63,456 nt of DNA, filler included, from Ministeria vibrans ATCC 50519 (GCA_943704425.1; 17 parts of 17 records of this genome joined end to end with filler, not necessarily neighbours in it), one strand, 5' to 3'. Positions 1 through 12,662 are shown, counted from the first letter of the whole stretch. Numbers and translations: made by a program. Notes: generated by a model from the sequence alone, not told the origin.

Positions 1-42
1 TTGTTTTTTTTTTTTTTTTTTTTTTTTGCTTTGGTCTTAAAG

Positions 43-1130
43 GGCTCTGTGCTCTCCACTCTACTGTGCTCCTTCTTCTACGGCGACATGGAGCGACATT
101 ACTTGCCAACCCTGGCGCCCGACAAGGGCGTCATGACTCGCTTTGTCGACGACTTCCTCCTCATTACGACCGACCGTGCCCTCGCAGAGTCCTTTCTGCG
201 CACCATGCAGGCGGGTCTCCAACGCTATGGCTGCGAGATCAACCAAACAAAGGTAATAATACTATCATTACTTTTTTGTTCCCTTCAGATGCACTTCAAA
301 GTCGTTATGTTACCCTATATGTTACCCTAGTAATAATAATGATAATAACTTAAAAAAATAAATAATATAATAAAAATATTATAATAATAATAACGTGTTT
401 TAACGTGTTTATTATTTATTTTTAATATTATTGTCTTGATTAGACGATGGTCAACTTTGACGTGTTCTTGAGTGACACATCCAGCGAGCTGGTAACACGT
501 CCCAAGGGCGACACGTTTCCCTGGTGTGGTTTCCTTATTGACACACACCACCTGACCTTCTGTAACGACTACTCTCGCTACGAAGGTGACTTTATCTCGG
601 ACAGCATTACGGCGGAGCGCGAGAGCAACCCTGGCATTGAAATGCGCAACAAGCTATTGTGCTTTGTGCGCCCCCGTTTGCACGCTCTCATCCTCAACCC
701 TCTGTGTGCACCCCGCCCCGTTGCTCTGCGCAACGTCTACCAGGAGAGTCTCCTCACCGCGTGCAAGTTTGTCTGTCTCGTGCGCTCCCTCCCAAACCCT
801 TCGTCGCCGCCCCTCGCCTACCTCGAACGCGTCCTCAGCACCCTCGCATCCCTCTTCACCGCCCACACGCAATCCGCACAGGCGCACCTGCGCCCCTGTG
901 ACGTTTCCTACCTCTTCACACATGCCTTTGCACACGTCCTTCGTCGTAAACACTGTCGCTTCGCTGCACTTCTCACTTCGCTCAACACACACCTCGCCCA
1001 GCTCACATCCCAACACACACACCGCTGCTGTGCACTCTGTCCTCCCACAGCCACAATGGGCCCTCTCACAGACTGGCTCGCAACCACATCGCACAAGAGC
1101 AACCAAACCTTCCATCGAATCCTCCTGTAA
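43..1130 (+). CDS. TERT: Telomerase reverse transcriptase, 3' part (exons 43-252 and 444-1130; 5' end missing)
   Basis: RT motif B' (GSVLSTLLCSFFYGDME), motif C (TRFVDDFLLIT), motif D/E (EINQTK|TMVNF...FPWCGFLIDT) and DYSRY at the start of the C-terminal extension. A GT-AG phase-0 intron at 253-443 joins the two ORFs. Confidence 0.93.
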
Positions 1131-1213
1131 CACCAATGTAAACAAAACAAAGAATGATATAGTGTACACAAAACCAAACAAATAAGGCAAGGAGTCAAAA
1201 GCAAAGATCGGGA

Positions 1214-1437
1214 TCAGGACTGGCAAATCGCGTCCTTGAGACGTCTCAGGCGTGACGTATCGACGGAATAATCTGCACGCACTGAATCTGGAGTGCGCGC
1301 TGGGAAGCGCACGGCCGCAATGCGCATGTCGATGTCCGTTTCTCGCAGTGGGTCTTGGCTGGAACTTCCACTACCGGGCAGACGCACTTCAATTGGAACG
1401 TTGGCAAGACTGGGATATTGCATTTGAGGCTGAAAGG

Positions 1438-1472
<35 letters not shown>

Positions 1473-2626
1473 TGAGTCTCTCTTCCTCGATTTCTGTTGG
1501 GTGGCTTACAATGGAAGCTTGTCGTGTAAATGAGCCCATCATGCGTCTTCCACCAGAGGTACCTGGAGCACCTGCAAAAGGTGGAAGAAGACGTTGGCCA
1601 TTGAAGCCAGCAGTGGTTGCGGCTGAGACGGCGGAGGGCGCAGGAAGGCCAATAAGAGCGCCGTGTTGCGTCACCGTCTCGTCATCGCCAGCAATGGACT
1701 CGCGCACGGCACCCAGACCCGCTGCGGAGCCACTGTATCGTGTTGTGCCACCGTAGGAAGAAGCCATGTCTGCATTTCCTTGGCCAGACTTGAGAGAGAG
1801 AGAGAGTGAGTGAAAAGAAACAAACAAAATAAGTTTAAATGAACAACAAAAGGGACTCTCTTACAGAGCTATACAGCGACCGTTTCACAGCAATGTGAAC
1901 GGCCGAACCGGTCCACGAGCCTTCGTTCAAGTCTCGGTTGACGAGCGAGAAGCCGTCTGGCAATGAGCCCTGAACGAGAAGAAGAGTTTTCGTGATGTGG
2001 AGTGGACAGTGAGAAGCATAAGAAATCTCTTACGTCCTTTTTGTCGATCTGAACGCAAATATCTGTGATTGCTACGGCCGCTGTGGACCGCGGTGACTTG
2101 TGGACACATACAATGAGAGGAGTGCCACCCGCAAACCCCGAATTGAGCACGGCAGAGGCCCCTACAAGCGACCGTCGGTGAGTGGGTCCTTCGACCCGCT
2201 GTGCGCATACCTGCGAGGGTCTTTGCAATGGCCTCGAATCCCGCAGGGGGGTCTCCGCCCTCGTCGGCAACTGTAATGTCGGTGACAACCTAAGCAGCCA
2301 GGGATAGAGAGCGGTAGAGCAGCGCCAAGTGTGAGGGATGACACGCACGGGAACTTTTGACACTCGTCCCAACCTCCGTCGCTGCTGAGTCTCGGCGATA
2401 GCCCAGGTACATGACGGAAGCAATTTTCTTTCCCTTGTTCAGGTTGGCGCCGTGTCCGCCGTGGGATTTCTCGAGCTACGTTGAGGAGCAGTGAGACAAC
2501 AAGAGGAGAAAGTCAAACAAAAAAAGAACTCCGGACCAGAATCCAGCCAGGAGGCATTCGTTCGTTCTTGCTGGCATTGAACACGGCCACATCAGTAATG
2601 GCCGATATGTTGGAGGTGGACGCCAT
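1214..2626 (-). CDS. MVB12-like ESCRT-I subunit (MABP beta-prism plus C-terminal UMA-like domain), multi-exon
   Basis: Three MABP-type repeats after splicing: AITDVAVFNASKNERMPPGW, VVTDITVADEGGDPPAGF and LNSGFAGGTPLIVCVHK...AITDICV. The C-terminus LANVPIEV...TPDSVRADYSVD resembles a UMA domain. ATG at 2626. Confidence 0.65.
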
Positions 2627-2698
2627 GAGACGGAATTATCAATTAAAGTGGAATAAATTTTGAAAGATCACTAAATAATCACTTTGCTTTGATCTTTC

Positions 2699-3726
2699 AT
2701 GCTTCGTCTTGCCGTTCTTGCTGCGCTTGCAGTGAGCGCACTTGCCAAAGGTACTCGGGTGCACTTATACTTATGAGATATAGTTTTCCTTCCGTTTTTA
2801 ATTGGCCGTTGGTTTCGGTTTGCTCTTCAGATCCCGCTGAGGGCTGGATGGGCTACGCCATGGGTCTGTCGCCGACCGGGAAAGGACGGATCACATACAT
2901 GGAGGCCAAGTGGCGTGTGGGCGAGAAGCCTTTGAAAGGCGGTGCGTTTTTCTCGCCATGGTAACCAAGCAAGATCATACGAAGACTCGTTTCGTTGAAT
3001 AGCACTGTTTGGTTTTCGCTCACCTCGCTTGGACAATCCGTCTCACGCCACTGTTTGCATCTGATATGTTTCTGCGCTAGGTTTGGCATTGAGTCTACGG
3101 ACAACCTGAATCTCATTCAGCCTGTGAATCCGGTAATCAGCAACACAATACATTCATTGGACAACTACAAACCTGAAGATGAAAATGTTTGTTTATGTAG
3201 TGGACTGGCGGAGACTGGGAAATCTAGTATGATGATGATAATGATGTGGGCGAGTTTCATCTTTTGATCTGTCTCTATTTGTTTGTTTCTTCCCTCTCTC
3301 TATCACTTTGTTTCTTTCTATCACTTTGATCCTTTCTATCACTTTGATTCTTTCTCGATTCTTTCTCTCTATCACTTTGTTTCTTTCTCCCTCCTCCTCT
3401 CTCTCTCTCTTTGTTTCCTTCTTCTTTCTTGCAGCAATGAGTACTTTCAATGGTCTCCTGTGCACAACACCAACTCAAAGTCACACCAAGTGAAACCAGG
3501 CGATGTTCTCTTTGGCTCCGTCAGCTTCAACGAAGCGACACAAAGCTATGAAATGTACCACTCTGATCTCAACGACGGCTGGAGTGTCAACACGACAATT
3601 CCCGTGCAACAGGACCGCACGACGGGTGACTACAAGAACTACACCATCATCTACATTGTATACGAAAAGACATGGGATTGCGATATGTACCCGCCGGACA
3701 AGAACGTCACATTCTACGACATCAAG
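2699..3726 (+). CDS. Secreted protein, glutamic peptidase G1 (eqolisin)/concanavalin-like fold, multi-exon, 3' truncated
   Basis: Signal peptide MLRLAVLAALAVSALAK. Spliced motifs FFSPWFGIESTDNLNLIQPVNP, NEYFQW, VKPGD and IVYEK follow the G1 pattern WxGId..LIQ / V.PGD / IVE. Confidence 0.5.
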
Positions 3727-3861
3727 GTATGCTCCACATTTTGCGAACACAAAGAAAGAAAGTGAGAGGAGGGAATAGGATATTTAGTGACAGAGAGCAA
3801 TGGTTGCATATTCATGTTTTTGATACTCCATCTCGCACCCTCTTTCACACACACACACACA

Positions 3862-3909
<48 letters not shown>

Positions 3910-4009
3910 NNNNNNNNNNNNNNNNNNNNNNNNNNNNNNNNNNNNNNNNNNNNTTAATTAATTAANNNNNNNNNNNNNNNNNNNNNNNNNNNNNNNNNNN
4001 NNNNNNNNN
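3910..4009. other. Artificial contig linker, N-run + TTAATTAATTAA + N-run. It recurs at about 7701, 10167, 12897, 16394, 22040, 27759, 30274, 31872, 34529, 36058, 53549, 55447, 59426, 61089 and 62328
   Basis: An identical ~100-nt spacer with a six-frame stop palindrome; genes are cut at each occurrence. Confidence 0.97.
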
Positions 4010-4265
4010 CGGGCGACCGTGCCGTCGTCCGTCTGCGCTTCATTCGATCCCCGGAGTACATCTCCTCAACTACCATTGTGCTGCGCGAGGGAAGAACTAA
4101 GGCCGTTGGAAAGGTAGTGTGCCGATTTCGTGTTTTCTTTTAATCGTAGTGTTTCTTCGTATCACCTGGCTTTAGCTTGTTCCGTTTAATCAAGAATCAA
4201 TTTCGACTTCAGCAAGAGATGGCAAAATGGTCTCAGTTTCTAACACGGATAGGATAGCAGAGTGA
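4010..4265 (+). CDS. GTPBP1: GTP-binding protein 1/2 (translational GTPase), C-terminal domain III fragment
   Basis: [34 protein letters not shown] matches the GTPBP1/2 domain III signature. The last exon boundary is uncertain. Confidence 0.75.
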
Positions 4266-4378
4266 CATAAATAATACAATTCTGATTTCTGAAATTCATT
4301 ATTATTATTATTATCAAATTTATTATTATTAGATTCTCTATAATAATAATAAATTAATTTATATATTTTCTTATTAAT

Positions 4379-5415
4379 TTACTTTTCGTGTCGAGGAAAT
4401 CGTCGGCGAGCATTTATCATCCAATCATCCACCTGAACTCGAGAAAGTCCAGTTTGTAAACAAATCTCTTCTCGATCGTCTGGACTTGGAAACGGTGACA
4501 CGGAAAACAGCTCAAAAAGAGCAACGCGTTGCGCTTGGGAAAACCGCTTCACTCCTTGAGTTTTCTTTCTCTATAAAAATAAAGAGCAATTACGGGAACC
4601 GAGAAAAAGTATTGTTAAATTGTTTACATATGGGTTTTCTAACTGACACGTTTCTGCCATTTTCTTCATAGCTGGGTTGCAAATCGCGGAAATAGTTGAT
4701 TGAACTCTATTTCGCTCAAGAATCAGCTCAGTCAATTTTTCAAGAAGGAAATTGAAGTCCATATCAAATTGATTGCTTGATGATTGCTCAAGTGATGGTT
4801 CAAGTGATGGACAAGGTAGACCGACTGTTAGGATGGAAGAGTGTATCAATTGCACGGAATTCTGGCTTTGAAACTTACACTTGAGAGCGGTCGATAATTG
4901 CAGAAGTTGCGAATATTTGGGGTGTTGCCGAATGGCTGAAACGGTTAAATCTACGTAAGGTAGGGGTAAAACAAGTCAAATTAGCGCCATAAGGACAGAA
5001 TGCCGAGTCTGGCAAAGAAATTTTTCATCCAATAAACTGCCCTCTACATAAGAGTGCGCATACGGTAAGTCTTCCTACCTGCATTTTCATGATCAGGGGC
5101 ACCAGATCCAAGACGCTCCATTTGGTCGTCGTTGGTGGAGCTGGTGGGCGAGCTTGCGACGTGGTGTGTTTGCTGGGTCGGCGAAAGCTCAAAACTATCA
5201 AAGCTGAAGTCGTCTTCGCTGCTGAAGATGATATTCTCAAACTCCCAATTAGGTTCAACAGTTGTCCATACGTCCAGCCACCTTTCCGCCCACGCGCTGA
5301 ACTGTAAAATACGAGGATGTCTATTTTGCTTGTCAACGTCACAAGTTTGATTTACGCCATCGAGTCCTGATTTATCATCACTCGCGGAGATACTGGTGCT
5401 CAATGTTGAGAACAT
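4379..5415 (-). CDS. Homeodomain transcription factor with an upstream MEINOX/KNOX-like region, multi-exon
   Basis: The last exon, 4570-4379, is absent from the ORF track and reads RKKTQGVKRFSQAQRVALFELFSVSPFPSPDDREEICLQTGLSRVQVDDWMINARRRFPRHEK*. It splices in phase 0 from ...ENPY (donor at 4627). An upstream exon encodes AIRQHPKYSQLLQL. Confidence 0.8.
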
Positions 5416-5669
5416 TGCCTATCGAGTATCAGTTGTAGAATTAAAAGAAATGAGGAACTGGAGTTGACTGTTGGATATTTTGAAACATCTCGCCTCCCTC
5501 GCTCTGCAGCAATAATTATTATTTTAAAAGGAATTCTCCCACTAACCAATCAAAATTGAGTATTTTAAAAATCTCCTGTGCCCCATTCTATCTCTTTTTG
5601 ATTCTAATATTTTATCTACTTTGTTTCTGCACGTTGGATATGCCTTTTCTGCCTGTGTATAGGCATCAG

Positions 5670-7654
5670 ATGGCGTTTCTGATTTTATTCGTTTACGCTT
5701 CCCTGTTTGCAACAGGATGTGTTGCCGACTCACCATCCTTTCCTGGCTCAAATTGTGTTCACCTACAATCTATAGCGCCGCTAACAGACACATGTGTACC
5801 GCTTTCTGCTTCTCGGGAATTTACTGCGACGCTCACTTCAGCAGATTATCTCGAACTCTCTAATCCCGGCTTTTCGTTTTCAATCGCCAGTTTCTCAGTT
5901 TATACAACTGTGACGTTTGAAGTTTATTCGACCTCCGTGTCTCTTTTTCACTCATCTGATGGTTTAACGACAACCGTTAACATCACTTGGGACCTCTCAA
6001 CGTTTCCTGATGACACATTTGCGACCTTAGTCGTTCCGAAAACCGCGTTTACTTCCTCTAATGGAAAAACAGTTCCTTTTCATACGCCTTTCACCGTCCG
6101 CTTCAACTCGTCTGCCTGTACTCCCTCTTTTTGTTCCGCCTGCTCGTACACAACTCCTCCTTTGGATCTACTTGAACTGACTTGTGGTCCCACTGAGTTG
6201 GTCCAAAGACCAATAGCAAGCACAAATGCCTCAATTTCAGCCAACGAAATATCTGCTTCCGTGATACTCTCTGGGGAGTTGTTTGACACGCAATCCACTT
6301 CGTCTGTCACAGTTAATACAGCTTATTTTGAAGGAATCGAATACGCTATTGATCCAGTTATCATGTCTATCACTGTCACCAGAGAGGCAGGTAAAGCAGA
6401 ATAAAAATGACAAGAAGAAAATTAATAATAATAAAAATTTAATATTGTTAACAATATTGTAGAGTTTAATCAGTCGGTGTCTCTCGTTGGTACTGTGTAT
6501 CCAACTGTGGAGGAATTGGTGGTGAAGCGAGACAATAATGTACACACGGTAATAATATTAAAATTAATAATAAAATTAATAATAATAATAATAATAATTA
6601 TAATTAATTATTTATTATTAATTTTTCTTTTTATTTCTTTAAAATTGTTTGGTATTAGGATTATTCGCTACGACAAATCTATGACGACGAGTTTAATAGC
6701 AAAGTCGTTACGTGTTTCTCACAATTCTTGTGTGGCTACGATATTTTGGAAGCGTCTCCAAACTTCCCCAATATTTCTACTTTTGAAACGATCGATGATT
6801 TTTCATCAATTCAATATGCCCGTTTCAGCTTGACCAACGACGATAGTATTGCGTATGTGTACGAGGGTGCTGGAATCATGTACTTGGTGTATCAGTACTC
6901 ACGCTTCTTCATGGTTTCAGCTGGCGAACCTGTAACCTACTTCGCCCCATACATTCCGGTGAATCTTGTGTTACGACGTGATTTTTCAAATCCGTATCAG
7001 GTAGCCACACCAATTGGAAGCCCAGTAATAGTCAGCCAGGGACGCATTGAAGTTGCTGTGGGAAGTATCACGGAAACTCTGTCGTATGGACTCTCTAATT
7101 CAATTCAGTCAGATCAGGGAAACGTGTCAGCTATTGTCAGCTTTTCTTTTCCGTCTGACATCGCTAATTCAGGGCTCATTGGACTATTCTCATCAGAATC
7201 AAGTTCTCTTCCTCTCTTTGCAACAAATTCTTCTATCGGAACTGGATGCAACACACTGGACATATCGTTTGACACGTTCTTGGAGTTTTGGGTGTCCCCA
7301 GAAAACCAAGGGTTGAAGCCACTCCAATCTTGCTCAGCAAATAACACAATTAACGCTCTCGCACTCCAATTGTCCTCATATGCGCCTTTTGGGATCGAAG
7401 AGAGCATAGGAACGACAGCTTCACGAGCGACACTCTCACAGGAGGGCATTGTGCAAATACTTGCGCTACCTGGACACTTTGTGGGAAACATCTCCATCCC
7501 GATCAGTCTTCTTGAATTTCAAGAGCCGTCTGTCCCTGCCACCTGCCCCAGCTTTTCCCTCAACGCTACCGTCCTTGCCGAGGCCTCGGCTAAACTTCAG
7601 TTCACTCTCACCAACAGTGGGGCGGTAATAACTAATAATTTTAAAAGCCAGTAA
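5670..7654 (+). CDS. Large Ser/Thr-rich secreted or surface protein of unknown family, multi-exon, 3' truncated
   Basis: N-terminal hydrophobic signal (MAFLILFVYASLFATGCVA) and long ORFs at 5556-6404 and 6728-7654 separated by AT-rich GT-AG introns. No recognisable domain. Confidence 0.55.
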
Positions 7655-7800
7655 AAATGATTAATTATTTCCTTACTAATAATTATTACGGTTCTTACTC
7701 NNNNNNNNNNNNNNNNNNNNNNNNNNNNNNNNNNNNNNNNNNNNTTAATTAATTAANNNNNNNNNNNNNNNNNNNNNNNNNNNNNNNNNNNNNNNNNNNN

Positions 7801-7848
<48 letters not shown>

Positions 7849-7982
7849 AACACCGAGAAAGACATAAAAAAGATGGACTGTCAGACAAGCACACTGAGAC
7901 GCATAAAGTCTGACACACAAAGAAAACAGAGACACGCAGAACACAGACAGACAGACATTATTATAGGGATTGTATCACGTAC

Positions 7983-8922
7983 CCCGCCCATATCTGTCCC
8001 ACACACAATCAGAGTCGCATCAGCACTAATCTGCGATGAGGTCACTTGTCCCTGAAGGTCTCGCAGTAGCCCACAGGTCACAAAGTTGACTACAGCACAC
8101 AAAAAATGTATATAAGTCAAAATGAACAAAAAAAATGAATCGTCGTATGTGTACCGCTGAGGCTCTGGCGACGCTCAGAGGGATAGCGAGGGTTTTGATG
8201 TTGCTGTTGTTGCTGCTGAGTGAATCTGTTCTGGATGGACATGGGGGAAGGGGAGCCGGGGGGAGCAAAGGAGGAAGCGTGGGGGCCGGCTGTGGGGAGT
8301 GGAGGCTGAGACTGCTGTTGTTGTTGTTGCTGTTGGGGGGAGAAGGCGCCGTTTGAGGCGGGGAGGTGTTGTGGTTGTGGTTGTGCTGGTGAGTGGTGGT
8401 GGTGGTGAGCAGTAGCAGTGGGCGATGAGGACCCCATCACCACTCCACCATTCGCACTCGCACTCGCACCCGGGCCCACAACAGAAGATGCGGCAGAGGC
8501 AACAAGAGTGCCCGATCCCGCTGCTGTGTTGCCAGTGGTGGGTGTCACTAGCTCAGCCACCAGGCTCGATTTGAAGTCCTCCAGTTCATTGTGAGACTGT
8601 TGTTGTTGTTGCTGTAAGTGTTGTTGCTCCTGTTCCTGTTGTTGTTGTTGTTGTTGTTGCTGTTGGACACGTTGAACAAGAGATTCCAATTGCGGTGTGT
8701 CAAGTTCTAAATACACAAACACGAAATGAGCCTTCTTCTTCTTCTTCTTCTCTCTCTCTATCACATTGTTTCTTTCTCCTCTCTCTGTCTCTCTGTCTCT
8801 CTATCACATTGTTTCTTTCTCCTCTCTCTGTCTGTCTCTGTCTGTCTCTCTGTCTCTCTGTCTCTCTGTCTCTGTCTCTGTCTCTGTCTCTGTCTCTGTC
8901 TCTGTCTCTGTCTCTGTCTCTG

Positions 8923-8958
<36 letters not shown>

Positions 8959-9115
8959 TTCGATTGCTGTCATACGAGAAAGATTGTCAATTTGATTGGT
9001 CAAGTCAGTGCGAAAATTGATCACAGCGCGAATCAAGAGACTCCGGCGCTGATTCTCCTCAGCGGACATAGCAGCTCCCTCCTACCACACAGTCGTGATG
9101 AATGAATCATTTTCC

Positions 9116-9209
<94 letters not shown>

Positions 9210-10107
9210 GTCTGTCTCTCTCACTTACTTGAGGCCATTGCTCGTGCTCAAGGTGCATCCGCTTGGGTGGGTGAGCAGAGGCGGCTGCTGCCGTTCCGTA
9301 TGCGACGGTGTCTACGGTGTCCGTGTGCGATCGAGTGCCGCGGAACGAAGGCGAAGGCGGAAGCGACACCTGCTGTGGTTGTTGCTGCGTACTGTTGGGC
9401 ACTCCGGCGGCAGACAGACGTCGTGCAGCCCACCGACCGCCATTGGCAGACTCCTGTTGACGGAGAGAAGTGTCAACAGCTGCCGATCAATCCCTCTTGG
9501 CTTGTCATACCGTCGCCGGATGGGCAAAATCGTTGGTCAAGCGGTGCATCTGCGCCTGCGAGGCGCTGCTTGACTCCAGACGGGCTGCCGTCTGCGTCAT
9601 CAAATACCGTTTCTGTTGCTGTGGCCCAGTCGACAGGTCAGTCTCTCTTTTTTTTTTTTTTTTTTTTTTTGACAGCTTACCGCGAAAAACGCGTTTGCCG
9701 ACTCTGTCGCCGGCCGGCCGTCCTTTGCACTGAAAATATCCCAAAACACTTCCCACCACTCCAGAAGAAAGCCTCGCGGGGCATTGATCGGCAGTGCTTT
9801 CTGGGGATTCACTGCAAACGCAAAACACTTGAGCTCACTCTCACTCGCTTATCTTTCCATCTCTCGCTCTCTCTCGCCCCGTACCCTGGGCTTCCGCGCA
9901 GAGCATTTTAGCACACCCTTCATAGCCTGCTTTGCGCAAATAGTCGACAAGGTATAATGTCAGACTGCAAAGAAACGAACAAGGAAGGAAAAAAGAAACG
10001 TCATTGTGTGAGTGAAACTCCTTTGCAAAGACCCAACCCGCCAACTCCCAGACACGCAGCCCACCGCAATGCCCCGCCACCATGGCTTCCGCACGCAACA
10101 TCCCCAT
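7983..10107 (-). CDS. LUFS (LisH + SSDP) domain, Q-rich region and start of WD40 repeats; LEUNIG/Flo8/SSBP-like transcriptional coregulator
   Basis: LisH LTLYLVDYLRKAGYEGCAKMLCAE; LUFS core PINAPRGFLLEWWEVFWDIFSAK; polyQ exon 8117-8700; exon 8089-7983 FVTCGLLRDLQGQVTSSQISADATLIVCGTD looks like a first WD40 repeat. The start codon is uncertain. Confidence 0.8.
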
Positions 10108-10338
10108 ATCCTCCGCTATTGATGTCTTTTCAAGCTTTGTTTTTTTTTTTTTTTTTCTTTTTTTTTNNNNNNNNNNNNNNNNNNNNNNNNNNNNNNNNNN
10201 NNNNNNNNNNTTAATTAATTAANNNNNNNNNNNNNNNNNNNNNNNNNNNNNNNNNNNNNNNNNNNNAAAAAAAAAAAACAAAGCGATTCAGAAAAGGAGC
10301 AAAAACAACGTAATATATTTTGTGGAATGGATTCGTAC

Positions 10339-12662
10339 GGTGGCGGTGAAGCTATTGTCAGAGAGATTGATTGAAATTGGGTCATAGATGGTCTCGTTGG
10401 AAGAGATGCACAAGAGCATGACGGAGACAGCCGAGGCAGGCACTTTGCACGAGTTGAGTGAGACATGTTTGAGGCAGGAGGTGCTCTTGAAGTAGGATTG
10501 CTATACATAGAACAAGACGAAATGCCAATGAGTACATAATTAATAATGACATAAGTTCAACTCAACAAGAATAACAAGCAAAAGAAGAAGGTGAAACACA
10601 CAACGTACAAATGCGGCAGAGGGTGTCCACTCAACAGACTTGTTGGAACGATTGTTGGCAAATCGGTTTCCAGTGAGCACAATGCGCGCAAGACGATCTT
10701 TGCAGAACATGGCGAGAGGGTAAAAAAGCATTTCGACGACGCCATTTGAGTGCTGCACATCCAACTCTTCCAAGCTATTCCGTTCACCCAAATACTCTAG
10801 AAGAGAGAAAAGGAGAGAGAGAGAGATAGATAAAGAAAAAACAAAGTGATAGAGAGAGAGAGAAAGAAGAGAGAGAATTGAGAATTTGAGTCAATTTCAT
10901 GGCACTGAACACATCTGCTGTTGTTCGACGTACTGGCAAGAGCCGCAAATCCGTCAGCTCCCCAAGCATTGTTGCCACAGATGAGCACCTTGAGGTTCTC
11001 GCCAACGTACTTGTTGGTTCGCAGTGACTGGACAAGCGTCGAGCACGCTAAGGGCAGCAGAAAACACGGTTGAGTACAACAGCACAGCTAGACAACGCCC
11101 CCACTCCACACACACACAGCCTCACTGCACACAGAGACTCACTACACTCACTCCACACATAGACACACCCCAATCACACAAACACAAACACACGCACACA
11201 CACACACACACAAATATATCTCAGCCAGCCACACACATACAATACCACACACAGATATTCATAATAATTATATATTCGCACAAGTCACGTTTTACCTCTA
11301 CTGGCACCACACGATGAGAAGTTCAGATGGCGCAGCTGAGTGCGGTAACGAGCGAGACAGTTGGCAAGTGCAATGATGCCTATATATTGCACAAGAGAAT
11401 AAGAAGACCGCACAAAATGAAGGCTACATACCCTGATCTTCAACGTTGTTTCCGGAGATGTCAAGGTACTCAATGCCCTCGGAGGCGTTCTCAAGCATGG
11501 ACTCGGCCAAGCGAGTCATGTGCGATTTGGTAAGACCAGCATTGTTCAATACCTAAACGAGAAAGGAGAACAAGAAACGACAACAAACCTATTAGATATT
11601 TTCCCGTGCGGTGAGGCGTGATTTGGTACGAGTTCTTTGAGGTAGTGCGAGCGGCTTGTGTAGTTGAAGAGGGGCCCAACAAGCTCGTGGCTGAGCTTGA
11701 CGTCGCGCATTTCAAAGCGGGTGAACCAAGAGTTGTGCTCGAGCGCCTGCACCAGAGGCACAAAACTCCTAAGGGTATGTATGCACAGGGTCCATGTTAG
11801 ATACACCATCATGTAAATACAATAGGGAACCGCAATATTATCGTACTTTGAATCACCCGTATCAAAGGCGTCGGAGGAGAAGGTGTGGAGGCCATTGGGA
11901 TGGTAGACATTCTGAATGTCCCAAAGGACATCGTTGCGCACATCAAGGTTACATGCATCGGCGCAAAACTCATACTGACGACTGAAGCCTCCACAGAGAG
12001 TTGCTGACGTCGTTAGTTTGTTGAGCAAAGATGATGTGAATAGAGTCATTTCTCGTGCACGCGTGCCAGGCACAACATCGATGGCAACAACACTGTTGAC
12101 AGGTACGCCAATAAAGTGGGCACGCAACGTTGCGTGGATATGACCCAGAGCAGCACCAACAAACGCGGGTTTGCTTGAGAGGACCGTGGGAGTTGCGCAG
12201 CGCAGTGTGAGCTACAGAGAGAGGCAGAGACGAGGGAGAAAGAAAGAAAGTGATACAAACAAAATTTAGTGATAGAAACAAAGAGATAGAAACAAAGTGT
12301 AGAAACAAAGTGACAAAGTGATAGAAACAAAGAGATAGAAAGAAACACAGAGATAGAAACAAAGAAATAGAAACAAAGAAATGGAAACAGTGATATAAAG
12401 TGTAGAAACAAAGAGATGGAAACAAAGAGATAAAAACAAAGTGTAGAAACAAAGAGATAGACACAAAGTGATTGAGAGAGAGAGACGTAGCAAGTGTGAG
12501 AGATCCATAGGAATGCACAGAGTGTGTAGGAACTACCTCCTTCTCGGTGGCACTCTCAACACCACGCAAGCGAATAATGCTCTCAGACTGCTCAATGGTC
12601 CAGACATCGCGGGATTTCAGTTGCTTGGAAGCAAAGATGACAATTCGGTAGATAGTGACCGC
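10339..12662 (-). CDS. CARMIL: CARMIL/LRRC16 (capping protein, Arp2/3 and myosin-I linker), PH-linker-LRR portion, truncated at both ends
   Basis: CGGFSRQYEFCADACNLDVRNDVLWDIQNVY and LVQALEHNSWFTRF match the CARMIL linker and first LRRs. Further RI-like LRR exons include LTYLDISGNNVED and QSYFKSTSCLKHVSLNSCK. Confidence 0.82.

Noticed and set aside
43-1130. RT motifs as a retrotransposon or Penelope element
   Set aside because: The VDDFL, WCG and DYSRY motifs, the C-terminal extension and the spliceosomal introns identify it as cellular TERT.
3910-4009. Regularly recurring TTAATTAATTAA palindrome
   Set aside because: Always centred in N-runs of fixed length; it is an artificial six-frame-stop contig linker, not biology.
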